Shown: in pieces, positions 23,320 through 36,368 of the stretch
Layout: the number at the start of each line of letters is the position of its first letter
Numbering within the stretch: position 1 is the first letter of the stretch
Assembly (NCBI GenBank): GCA_963847705.1
Contig: CAWKBC010000027.1
Coordinates: forward strand, 640,001-704,000
Direction of reading: 5' to 3'
Origin: an uncultured Pseudomonadota bacterium
Lineage (GTDB): Bacteria; Myxococcota_A; Polyangia; Fen-1088
DNA length: 64,000 nucleotides
The notes under the pieces: model-generated
What the model was told of the DNA's origin: nothing
What the model saw: the letters and a program-made list of their open reading frames with translations, nothing else
Databases searched by the model: none
Made by a program: the position numbers and the translations under genes

Positions 23320-24985
23320 ATGCAAGGAACCAGAACCATTAGAATCGCGCTCGCCCTGGTGGCGACGCTTGGACTTGTTGGAACACTGGCCGCCGGTTGC
23401 GGCGGCAGCGGATCAGGAGGCGAAGCCACAGGATCGCCGCAAGAGACCGCCGCGTCTGATAGTGGGACCACCACGATGATCGACAGCCTCGAGGGCGGCA
23501 CCGCCTCGAGCTGGACCCCGTTCATGACGGGGGGATCGTCGATCAGCAGCGCCAGCGCGCCGCTGCACGCAGAGGGGGCGTCGACGTCGACCGAGATCAC
23601 CTACAGCGTGGTGTCGGGCGGCTCCGCCGGGCTCGAGCGTGACTTTTCGACGCCGCAGGACTGGTCGCAGAGCTCTGCCTTGACCTTGTGGGTCTACGGG
23701 CGGGCCACCGGACACTCATTCTTGGTTCAGGTTTACGACGCCGGGCACGAGCGCTGGGAGTCGCGCTTCACGGTCGACTTCAGCGGCTGGAAGCAGATCT
23801 CGCTTCCGTTCAGCGCCATGACGGCCGCCAGCTGGCAGCCGCCGACCGCGCGCGTGGACGGCGTGCGGGACTTCTCCGGGGTGACCGGCATGGCGCTCGC
23901 GCCCTCGGACGGCGCCGGCTCCGGCGTGGTCAACCTGGATACGCTCGCGCTCGGCACGGCGTCGACGTCGTCGACATCGACGTCCACATCGACGTCGTCC
24001 ACATCGACGTCGTCCACATCGACGTCGGGCGCTGGCGGCTCGGCCGCGTCGACGAACGCACCCACGGTGCCGACGACCACCCCGCCGACGACAACGACGA
24101 CCGCACCGACGGACACGCCGACGACGACAGATGCGCCGACGACGACCCCGACGGCAACGCCGGCCACGACCCCGACGGCGACCCCGGCGACGACCCCGAC
24201 GGATTCCGACGGCGACGGCGGATCCAACGCCGACGGCCGCGCCGACGGCCGCGCCGGCGGCGACCCCGACGGCAACGCCGGCGGCAGCCCCGGCGCCCGC
24301 CGCCAGCGGTGCCGTGACCGGGACGATCATCCCGCTTTACACCGCTCCGACCGATCCCTCCTGGGGCGCGGTCGCGGCGGCCAAGGCGGCGCACCCCGCG
24401 GTGCCGGTCCTGGCGGTGGTCAACCCGGCCAACGGCCCGGGCGCCGCGCCGTCGGCTGACTATACGGCCGGCATCGCCAGGCTGACCGCGGCCGGCGTGA
24501 AGGTGATCGGCTACGTCCACACGCAGTGGGGCGCTCGGCCGGCGGCCGAGCTGCAGACGGAGATGGGGGAGTGGCAGAGCTGGTACCCCGGAGTTTCCGG
24601 CATCTTCTTCGACGAGATGGCCAACGCGGCCGGGCACGAGTCGTACTACTCGGGCCTCACCGCCTATGCGAAGGGGCGCGGGCTCGGCTTCACCATCGGC
24701 AACCCGGGCGCTGACTCGTCACCGAGCTACGTCGGCACCGAGGACGTCATCCTCATCTACGAGAACAGCGGCCTCCCCTCGGCGGCGGCGCTCGGTGGCT
24801 GGCACGCCAGCTACGACCGGAACAACTTCGGCGTGATCCCCTACGCTGTCGGCAGCCTCGACACGTCGTTCGTGCAATCGGCGAAGCAGTACGTCGGGTA
24901 CATCTACCTGCAGAGCGACACCCTGCCCAACCCGTGGGACAGCGTCCCGCCCTATCTGTCGGACCTGGTCGCCGCGCTCGACTAG
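23320..24985 (+). pseudogene. Lipoprotein: CBM11-like domain + Ser/Thr/Pro linker + spherulin-4 (GH135-like) domain, split by a frameshift near 24202 (real or assembly error)
   Basis: SD ggagg, lipobox LAAGC; PQDWS...LWVYG...GWKQISLPFS; second frame continues the PTA linker into IIPLY, NPANGPG, GYVHT, GIFFDE, NPG. Confidence 0.75.
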
Positions 24986-25003
24986 AACGAGGAGGTCTTC
25001 CGG

Positions 25004-25136
25004 CGGCGATCTCGACGCCGGAGGGCGCAACGCGCCCGGGTCCAAGCATCGGGAGGCGCGGCTTTGCCGCGCCGGCCCCGACGGCCCGCGGGGGGAGCTC
25101 GTGAGGGGGGACACCCCCTCACGCCGCCGAAGGCGC
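25004..25136. repeat. 133-bp multi-hairpin interspersed element A, copy 1
   Basis: Ungapped match to 45060-45192 with about 15 substitutions by manual alignment. Confidence 0.92.
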
Positions 25137-25139
25137 ATC

Positions 25140-25213
25140 AGGGCGCCTTCGGGCGCCACGTCGTCGGGCATGGTTCGCTGCGCTCACCGTCGCCTCCGGC
25201 GACGCCCTCCTAG
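25140..25213 (-). repeat. About 75-bp REP-like element B, copy 1
   Basis: Reverse complement ctaggagggcgtcgccggaggcgacggtgagc...gaaccatgcccgacgacgtg matches 40638-40712. Confidence 0.9.
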
Positions 25214-27535
25214 CAATCGCTGTCGTTCGCCGCGTTGCAGATGCTGGGGCAGCAGCGATCGGAGGTCGCTCCGGAGCAGGTGGTGATGGGGATGTGGAGA
25301 CAGGCCACGTTGCAGTGGGCCACATCCCCGACCAGCAGCTCGGTGGTGCAGGGATCGCCGTCGTCCGGGCAGGTGGTCGGGCAGGTCGTGCTCGGGTCGC
25401 AGGTCTCTCCCGCACCGACGTGGTTGTCACCGCAGGTCGCGGCGCAGTCGTTGTCATTGACGGCGCTGCAGCCCGCGGGGCAGCAGCCATCGTCGTTCAG
25501 GCAGGCCACGATGGCGGCGTGGGTGCAGTGGGCGGTGCAGTTGGCGATCGATCCGCTCGCCACGTCGGTGGTGCAGGCGTTCTGATCGTCGCAGCTTTCC
25601 GGGCAGGCTCCGGGGAGCCCTGCTGTGATCGCGCGGTCGCACGCTTCGCCGGCCTCGACGGCGCCGTCGCCACAGACGGGGGTGCAGTCAGGGTCGTCGG
25701 TCGCGGTGCAACCTGCGGGACAGCACCCGTCTCCGGCCGCGCAGGCGGTGATCGGGACCGCGACGCACGAGGCGCTGCAGCTGCTGGGCGAGCCCCGCAG
25801 GGTCAGCGTCATGCAGCTCCCCTCGGCGGTGCAGGAGGTCGGACAGGAGGCGGGGACGGCGCTGTCGCAGGTCTCCACCGGGCGCTCGACCACGCCGTTG
25901 CCGCACAGGGCGGCGCAGTCGGCGTCGAGGGCGAGATTGCCGCCGGGCGGGCAACAGCCATCGCCCGCCACGAACGCCGTCACCGGGAGATGGACGCAGG
26001 CGGCCGAGCAGGTCCCGGCGGAGAGCAGCAAGATCCCGGGTACAGGGATCGCCGTCGTCGCACGTTTTCTGACAGGCACCGGCCGTCCCCGCGGGGATCG
26101 CCACGTCGCAGGTCTCGTTCGGTTGAACCACGCCGTCGCCGCAGGTCGCCGAGCAGTCGGGATCGGTCGCCGCCGTGCAGCCGGCGGGACAGCAGCCGTC
26201 GCTGGCGGCGCTGCAGGCCACGATGGGGGTGGTCGCGCAGGCGGCGGAACAGTCGTCGCTGCTGCCGGTCAGCGCCGTCTGGAGACAGGCCGACAACGAC
26301 GGGGGACAGCTGGTCGGGCAGGCGCCACTGCCGGTGGCGGCGCTGTCGCAGGTTTCACCTGGTTCGACGACGCCGTCGCCGCAGCTGGCGTGGCAGTCGG
26401 TGTCGGTGGCCGGGGTCGCGCCGGGCGGGCAGCAACCGTCGCCCGAGATCGGCGTGTCGATGAGGGCGTGACCGCAGGTGGCGTGGCAGCCGGCGCCGGA
26501 CAGGAAGTCGGCGGTGCAGGCCATACCGTCGTCGCAGTCGACCGGACAGCTCCCCGGCGCCGGCGGTGCGATGCCGATGTCACACGACTCGCTTCCCTGC
26601 CGGACGCCGTCCCCACAGGCCGTCGGACAGTCGGAGTCGACCGCGTTGGTCCCCCCGGGCGGGCAGCAGCCGTCGCCCGACCGTGACAGCGTCACCTGGT
26701 AATGCAGGCAGATCGCCTGGCAGGTCCCCACCGAGACCAGCAGGGTGAGCGCGCAGGGATCGGCCACCGTGCACTCGCTCGGCGTCGGGCAGGCGCCGGG
26801 CTGGCCGGCGGCGATGGCGGTGTCGCAGGTCTCGCCAGCCTCGATGACGCCGTTGCCGCAGGTCGCGGAGCAGTCGGGGTCGGTCGACTTCGTGGCCCCC
26901 GACGGACAGCAGCCGTCGGCGAGGCCGATGGCGGTGTTCGGCGAGTGGGCGCAGGAGGCGGTGCAGGCGCTGCCGCTGGGGAGGTCTTTCGTGCAGGCGA
27001 CGCCGTCGTCGCAGCTCGACGGCGGGCAGGCGCCCTGATCGCCCGCGGGGATCGCGATGTCGCAGGTCTCGCCGGGGTCGATGCGCCCGTTGCCACAGCG
27101 GGGGCTGGTGGTCGTTCCCGCGTCCGGGGTGGAGCCAGTCCCTGCATCGACGGTGCAGGTCGAGGTGCCGCAGTTGAGCGAGACGTAAACCGTCGGACGT
27201 TCGTTGGGGGCAACCGCCAACATCCCGCTCTGCCCCGTCGCGATGGTCGCTCCCGTGGAGTCGAGGGCGGCCACGGCGATGTTCACGGTCCCGGTCGCCG
27301 CCGCGGGCAGCTCGGCGCTGAGCGTGGTCGGAAAGCCGATTGGTTGCCCGTTGGGGCGCGTGTAGCTCTGCAAGAACGTGCCGGCGGGGCCGCTGATCTG
27401 AACGTCGAGCCCGCTGACCGGGGGGGGCGACCCGGTGACGGTCACGACCACGGAGAGGATCGCGTCACCGTCGTGGTGGCAGGCCGCGGCCGAAAGCGTC
27501 AGCGCCACCAGAGAGCAGAGAGCGAGTCGACGCAT
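25210..27535 (-). pseudogene. Cys-rich repeat lipoprotein (beta-sandwich N-domain + about 7 disulfide repeats), frameshift near 26032
   Basis: Lipobox SAAAC; repeats DGCCP.G....D.DC...CG[ND]G....E.CD continue across two frames (DPCTRD / LLLSAGTC). Confidence 0.8.
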
Positions 27536-27543
27536 CGTCACGG

Positions 27544-28221
27544 TCAAAAGAACTTCTTGTTCCCGAGATCGGTGGTGGGGACCGAGCTTCCGGAACGACC
27601 GGCCAGCGCGGCCACCGTCACGCCGGCCGCCAGCGCGGCACCGATCGCGGTCCAGACCCACCAGCGGCGCCAGAGCGGCGTCGGCGGTTTGGCGCCCGCC
27701 CCGGCGCCCGGCGCGGCGATGAGACCCGGCGGCGGCGCGGCGACCGGCGGGCGGGCGCGGAGGCTCTCGAGCTCGCTCACACGCTCCTCCGCGGCGTCAC
27801 GATCGGGTCCATCGGACGCGCCGGCCAGAAAGCGGTCGTAGTAAAACAGCGCCTGTTCGGTGGCGCCGAGCTGGCGGTAGGACTCGGCGATCTGGAAGAG
27901 GAAGGGCGGATCGGCGCGAAGCTCGTAGGCGCGGCGGTACTCCGCGATCGCCTCCTGATACCGCCCCAGCTGGTAGAGCCGATGCCCCTGGGCGACGTGC
28001 TCGTCGATCTCGACGTCCGCAGGCGTGGCGGCGGGCGATGTCGTCGGAGTCGGTGCCGGCGATGCCGGCGCCGGTGACGGGTCCGCGCCCGACGCCCGGC
28101 CGGCCGCCAGCAACGTCAGAGCGAGCGCCGAGGCCCGAAGCAGGGTGAGAAATCGGAGGCTAAGCAATGAAACACGTGGCCGTTCGTGACGATTTTGCGC
28201 CCCGCTTCGCGCCGCCGTCAA
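27544..28221 (-). CDS. Secreted TPR protein with Pro-rich linker and C-terminal Trp-rich TM helix
   Basis: Signal peptide, LGRYQEAIAEYRRAY..DP, PLWRRWWVWTAIG; exact start uncertain. Confidence 0.8.
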   Translation of the reverse strand: MTAARSGAQNRHERPRVSLLSLRFLTLLRASALALTLLAAGRASGADPSPAPASPAPTPTTSPAATPADVEIDEHVAQGHRLYQLGRYQEAIAEYRRAYELRADPPFLFQIAESYRQLGATEQALFYYDRFLAGASDGPDRDAAEERVSELESLRARPPVAAPPPGLIAAPGAGAGAKPPTPLWRRWWVWTAIGAALAAGVTVAALAGRSGSSVPTTDLGNKKFF

Positions 28222-28298
28222 CGCTGCCAGGAGGGGGCGGCTCCAGGGCGGCGGCGGCAGCCAAGCTTTGCTGCTGGCTTCGGGGGCTAATTCGGGCG

Positions 28299-28333
28299 CT
28301 ACTTCCGGCCCTACTTCCGGCCCTACTTCCGCC
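28299..28333. repeat. 12-bp tandem repeat x3 (ctacttccggcc) covering a stop codon
   Basis: Copies at 28299, 28311 and 28323. Confidence 0.9.
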
Positions 28334-30074
28334 GCTGCTTTGGTGGGGCGCTGATCAGCACCGGCTCGAGCGGCGCGAGACTGGCGAGCCAGCGCGCCGC
28401 GACGCTCTCCGCGGCCGCGGCGAGCGGTTTCGGTGCGGCTGCGGCCAGGATCGCCCGGGCGTTCTTCTCCAGCGCGGAGGGCAGCTTCGGCGCCTTGTCC
28501 TTGCCACGCGGCGCCTTCGCCAGCGCCTCGAAGGCCTTGACCTGGTCGGGGGTGAGCGGGCGAAACCGCGCCGGTTGCGCCGCGCGCTTGGTCTCTCCCC
28601 CCTCGAGCAGCTGGGCCACCAGCGCCGTGCGGGCCAGCGTGCCGAGATCGAGCCCGGCGGCGTCCATGCCCGTCCCTGCCAGCGCCGGCCCGCCGGCCGC
28701 GACATCCTCGGGCGTGACGCCCAGGCCGCGCACCATCGCCTGCGCCGCGGCGGCTTGCTCGATGGCGGCGGCGGCGCGCGCCAGATCGACGAGCTGGCGG
28801 AACGGCCGCTCGCCCGCGGAGGGCGGATCGTCGAGCAGCCGCGGGAACATCGGTCGCAGGCGGGTCACGGCCTCGAGGACCGTCGCGTCGTCGCTCTCGG
28901 CCAGGTTGAGCCCCTGCGCCCCGAATGGACCTTCCCGGCGCAAGGTGAGGGCGAGCCGCTTGACCTTGCCGCAGAGGCTGACGCCCAGCCGAAACAGCCG
29001 CGCCAACGGGATGGTGCGCAGCGCCGCCGCGCCCCGCTCGTCGTCCCCTTGCGCCAGACGCTCCATCGCCAGATCGAGGGTGGCCACCAGGCGATCGAGC
29101 ACCGCCGCCACGGCCTCGTCGTCCCCGGGCGCGATCCGATCGGCGGCCAGCACCCGGTTGGTGAGCGCGACCAGCGCGAAGCGGAGATCGTCCAGCTCGT
29201 CGCCGGCGGTCAGCTTCTGGGCGGCGCGCGAGAACGCCGAGCCGTCGGTGTCGCCCATCCTCTCGGCGAGCGCCGTCGGCACCCGCAGCGCGGCCTCGTC
29301 CGCTCGCGCGTCGACGACCGTCCGGGCACGGGAGGGGGCGTCGCCGATGCGGACGCTCGCCGGGTCGAGCTCGCGGTAGACCTCCAGCGCCTCGTAGTAG
29401 TCGGCGAAGCCGAGATCGGCCATCCGCGCCTGTCGCCAGCGGTAGGCGGCCTCTTCCAGCTCCGCGTCGAGCTCGCCGATGGCGCCGACGATCATGTGGC
29501 GGGCAAACTCGTGATCGGTGCGGTAGAGCGCGTCGATGAGGGAGATCAGCGCCTTGGCCGGATCGGGGCCGTCATCGACGACCGGGCTGACGCGCACGTC
29601 GAGCACGAAGAACCCGTCCGGCGTCGGATAGAACGTCCCCTGCGGCTCCTCCGGCGCGTCGCCGTGCGACAGATCGTAGATGTCGGCGCCCCGGCGCAGG
29701 ATGAGGCCCAGAAGCTCGCTGTCGATCCCCTTCATCCAGCGGCCGATCCGCTCGAAGGGCGCCGCGGCGATGGCGGCCAGCCATTCGCTGTAGGCGGCCG
29801 GGTTGAGCTGGTCGCGCTCCCAGACCGCGAAGTCGAGCATGATGGCCAGCTGCTCGCTGGTGGCCCGGGCCAGGATGTCCGCCCCCTCGGCCAGGCCGAT
29901 CTCGTGCAGGACGTAGTAGAGCTCGTCGCCGGGCAGGGCGCGCACCGCGGCCTCCAGGTCCGGCGCCTCCATCAGCGCGTCGGCGCGGCGGAGCTTGCGC
30001 CCGCGGCCGAGGCGCGCGCGGTACTGGGAGAGGGCGACGACGTTGTTCGGTCGAGGCGGGCGAGGGGTCCCCAT
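28323..30074 (-). CDS. Conserved hypothetical protein, DUF6178-like
   Basis: EIGLAEG, LDFAVW, TPDGFF, ELEEAAYRWRQARMADLGF, LFRLG; strong GC3 codon bias. Confidence 0.7.
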   Translation of the reverse strand: MGTPRPPRPNNVVALSQYRARLGRGRKLRRADALMEAPDLEAAVRALPGDELYYVLHEIGLAEGADILARATSEQLAIMLDFAVWERDQLNPAAYSEWLAAIAAAPFERIGRWMKGIDSELLGLILRRGADIYDLSHGDAPEEPQGTFYPTPDGFFVLDVRVSPVVDDGPDPAKALISLIDALYRTDHEFARHMIVGAIGELDAELEEAAYRWRQARMADLGFADYYEALEVYRELDPASVRIGDAPSRARTVVDARADEAALRVPTALAERMGDTDGSAFSRAAQKLTAGDELDDLRFALVALTNRVLAADRIAPGDDEAVAAVLDRLVATLDLAMERLAQGDDERGAAALRTIPLARLFRLGVSLCGKVKRLALTLRREGPFGAQGLNLAESDDATVLEAVTRLRPMFPRLLDDPPSAGERPFRQLVDLARAAAAIEQAAAAQAMVRGLGVTPEDVAAGGPALAGTGMDAAGLDLGTLARTALVAQLLEGGETKRAAQPARFRPLTPDQVKAFEALAKAPRGKDKAPKLPSALEKNARAILAAAAPKPLAAAAESVAARWLASLAPLEPVLISAPPKQRRK

Positions 30075-30092
30075 GTATCTTCATATACACTG

Positions 30093-31358
30093 ATGTTGTC
30101 GACCGTTCTGCGGACCATCGCCGGACACGCGCTGTTCGCGCGCGGCGATCGGGTGATCGTCGCGGTCTCGGGCGGTCCCGATTCGATGGCGCTCTTGCAC
30201 GTCCTGTGGGAGCTGCGCGAGCGGCTGGGGCTGACGCTCGAGGTGGCGGGCGTCGACCACGGGCTGCGGCCGGCGGCGGCCGGTGAGCTGGAGCTGGTCC
30301 GGGCCCGCGCCGAGGCGCTGGGCCTGCCTTTCGTCGGTCTGGCCGTCGACGTCGCCCGCCACCGGCGGGGTGCCGGTTTGCAGGAGGCCGCGCGCCGGGC
30401 GCGGCTCGGCGCGCTGACCGCGCTGGCCGTCGCGCGTGGCGCGCGCCGGGTGGCGCTCGGGCACCAGGCCGACGACCAGGCCGAGACGGTCCTCTTCCGC
30501 ATCGTGCGCGGGACCGGCCTGGCGGGTTTGCAGGGGATTCCTTACCGCCGGGACCCGTTCGTCCGCCCCCTCCTCGACCTGCCGCGCGCGGAGGTTCTCC
30601 GCTACCTCCGTCGCCGGAGCATCCCCTTCGTGGAGGACCCCTCCAACGCCGACCTCCGTTTCGCGCGGGCCCGGATCCGCCACCGCCACCTGCCGGCGCT
30701 GGCCGGGGAGAACCCGCGGGTCGCCGAGGCGCTGGTGGCGTTGGCCGCCGCAGCCCGCGAGACCAGGCCGGCGCGCGGCGCCAACCGGGCGCCTGCCGCG
30801 GGGCCAGAGGGGCTCGCCGAGCCTGCGCTTTCGCGGCGGGTGGCGGCGGTGGTGAACCGCCTGCGGGCGCGGGGGGGGTCGGCGGCCATCGACATCGCGG
30901 GCGGACGCCGGGTGGAGGTCTCGTACGGCGCCGTGCGGGTGGGGGCGCGCGCCTCGGTGCGGCCGCCGCCGAGCGCACCGGTGGTGATCGAGGGGCCCGG
31001 GGTCTATCGTTGGGCGGCCGGCACGCTCGCCGTCAAGGAGGGGGCCCCCACGCGCGCGCGGCCTGCGGGCGGTGTGACGGCGGAATTCGACGCCGATCTG
31101 CTCGAGTGGCCGCTCACGGCACGTGCCCGAAAATCGGGCGATCGGATGCGACCCCGCGGCGGGCGTGGGAGCCGCAAGCTCTCCGACCTGATGATCGACG
31201 CCCGGATCGCGCGCGCCTGGAGGGCGGCGCTGCCGATCGTCACCAGCGCGCGCGGCGAGCTGTTGTTCGTTCCCGGGCTGCGCCCGGCGGAGTCGGCCCG
31301 GCCAACCGGGCGTACCAAACGTTTCGTGCTCATCGATTTCGTGTCTGGCGACATCTGA
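30093..31358 (+). CDS. tilS: tRNA(Ile)-lysidine synthetase
   Basis: [35 protein letters not shown]; upstream of ftsH. Confidence 0.93.
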   Translation: MLSTVLRTIAGHALFARGDRVIVAVSGGPDSMALLHVLWELRERLGLTLEVAGVDHGLRPAAAGELELVRARAEALGLPFVGLAVDVARHRRGAGLQEAARRARLGALTALAVARGARRVALGHQADDQAETVLFRIVRGTGLAGLQGIPYRRDPFVRPLLDLPRAEVLRYLRRRSIPFVEDPSNADLRFARARIRHRHLPALAGENPRVAEALVALAAAARETRPARGANRAPAAGPEGLAEPALSRRVAAVVNRLRARGGSAAIDIAGGRRVEVSYGAVRVGARASVRPPPSAPVVIEGPGVYRWAAGTLAVKEGAPTRARPAGGVTAEFDADLLEWPLTARARKSGDRMRPRGGRGSRKLSDLMIDARIARAWRAALPIVTSARGELLFVPGLRPAESARPTGRTKRFVLIDFVSGDI

Positions 31359-31446
31359 CTTTGGGGCAAAGGAGTGTTTGACGCTCCACGATTTGGCGGC
31401 AATACTTTTATGGCCCCAGCTCCGCTCTCATCGAAAGGAACCCTGC

Positions 31447-33399
<1,953 letters not shown>

Positions 33400-33429
33400 C
33401 GCTCGAGGCTGACCCCTCGTCCGAGTCGG

Positions 33430-34251
33430 TTGGCCAAAGTGACCACGGCAACTGACCGCTGTCTGATCGTCGCGGTTCTGAACTGCACGCCGGACTCATT
33501 TTCGGATGGGGGACGGTTTGCCGCGGCGGAGACGGCGATCGAGGCCGGGGTGCGGATGGCGCGGGAGGGGGCAGACTGGATCGACGTTGGTGGCGAGTCG
33601 ACGCGCCCGGGGGCGGCCGTGGTGGGCGAGGCGGAGGAGCGGGCGCGGGTGTTGCCGGTGATTGTGGGGCTGAGGGCGCGGCTGCCCGACAAGACGCGCA
33701 TCTCGATCGACACGTACAAGGCAGGGACGGCGCGGGCGGCAGTGGCGGCGGGGGCGACGGTGGTCAATGACGTGTCGGGCGGTCAGCTCGATCCGGCGAT
33801 CCTGGGGGTGGCGGCCGAGACCGGCGCGGCGATCGTGCTCGGTCATCTGCGTGGCGCGCCGGCCTCGATGATGGAGGGGATCGCGTTCGCGGACGTCGTT
33901 GCCGAGGTCGGGGGAGAGCTTGCGCAGCGGGTCGATGCGGCGCGCCGAGCCGGGTGCCGGGAGGTGTGGGCCGATCCCGGCATCGGATTCGGCAAACGGA
34001 TCGAGCACAACCTGGCGCTGTTGCGGGCGCTCCCGGAGCTGCGGGCGCGGGTCGGCGTTCCACTCATGGTGGGTGTCTCGCGCAAGGCGTTCATCGGCCA
34101 GCTCACGGGCAAACCGGCGGAGGAGCGCCAGTTCGGGACCGCGGCCGCGGTGACGGCGGCGGTCCTCGGCGGAGCCGCGGCGGTGCGCGTGCACGACGTC
34201 GGTCCGACGCGGGACGTCTTGGCTGTCGCCGAGGCTCTCCTCCGTGATTAA
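33430..34251 (+). CDS. folP: Dihydropteroate synthase
   Basis: NCTPDSFSDGG, GGESTRPGA, DPGIGFGK, SRK, RVHDV. Confidence 0.95.
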   Translation: MAKVTTATDRCLIVAVLNCTPDSFSDGGRFAAAETAIEAGVRMAREGADWIDVGGESTRPGAAVVGEAEERARVLPVIVGLRARLPDKTRISIDTYKAGTARAAVAAGATVVNDVSGGQLDPAILGVAAETGAAIVLGHLRGAPASMMEGIAFADVVAEVGGELAQRVDAARRAGCREVWADPGIGFGKRIEHNLALLRALPELRARVGVPLMVGVSRKAFIGQLTGKPAEERQFGTAAAVTAAVLGGAAAVRVHDVGPTRDVLAVAEALLRD

Positions 34252-34268
34252 ACTTCGCGTAACCCCCC

Positions 34269-35638
<1,370 letters not shown>

Positions 35639-35639
<1 letters not shown>

Positions 35640-36367
35640 TGATCCGCCTCTACGTCAACGTCGACCACGTGGCGACCCTGCGCCAGCAACGCGGCACCCG
35701 CTACCCCGATCCGGTCGCCGCGGCGACGTTGTGCGAGCTGGCCGGCGCCGACGGCATCACCGTGCACCTGCGCGAGGATCGCCGCCACATTCAGGACCGC
35801 GACGTGCGGGTCCTGAAGGAGACGGTGCGCGGCGTCCTCAACCTGGAGATGGCCGCCACCGACGAGATGCTGCGGATCGCGCGCGAGGTGAAGCCCGACT
35901 TCTGCACGCTGGTCCCGGAGAAGCGCGAGGAGCGGACGACAGAAGGAGGACTCTCCGTGGGGCCAGGTGGGCAGGTGGAGAAGGTCACGCGAGGTCTGGC
36001 GGAGGCGGGGATCGGCGTCAGCTTGTTCATCGATCCGGAGCCACGCGTGGTCGAAGCATCGGCGCGTCTCGGCGTGGGCACCGTCGAGCTGCACACGGGG
36101 GACTATTGCCTGGCGCCGGCCCGCAGCGCGGCAGCGGCGAAGCAGCTGCAGCGGCTGGAGCTGGCGGCGCGGGCGGCGGCGGACGCCGGGGTGCGGCTGG
36201 GGGCGGGCCACGGGCTCGACTACGCGAACCTCGCGCCGGTGGTGGCGCTGCCGGGGCTCGAGGAGCTCAACATCGGGCACGGCCTCGTCGCGCGGGCGGT
36301 GCTGCTGGGGATGCGCGCGGCGGTCGAGGAGCTGCGGGCGGTGATCGCCGGCGGCGCAGGAGCGTAG
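35639..36367 (+). CDS. pdxJ: Pyridoxine 5'-phosphate synthase
   Basis: VNVDHVATLR, HLREDRRHIQ, PEKREERTTEGG, GHGL, NIGH. Confidence 0.96.
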
Positions 36368-36368
36368 C

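Noticed and set aside
28167-30092. 1063-aa TilS fusion
   Set aside because: The upstream part is the antisense shadow of the DUF6178-like gene; TilS motifs begin after 30093
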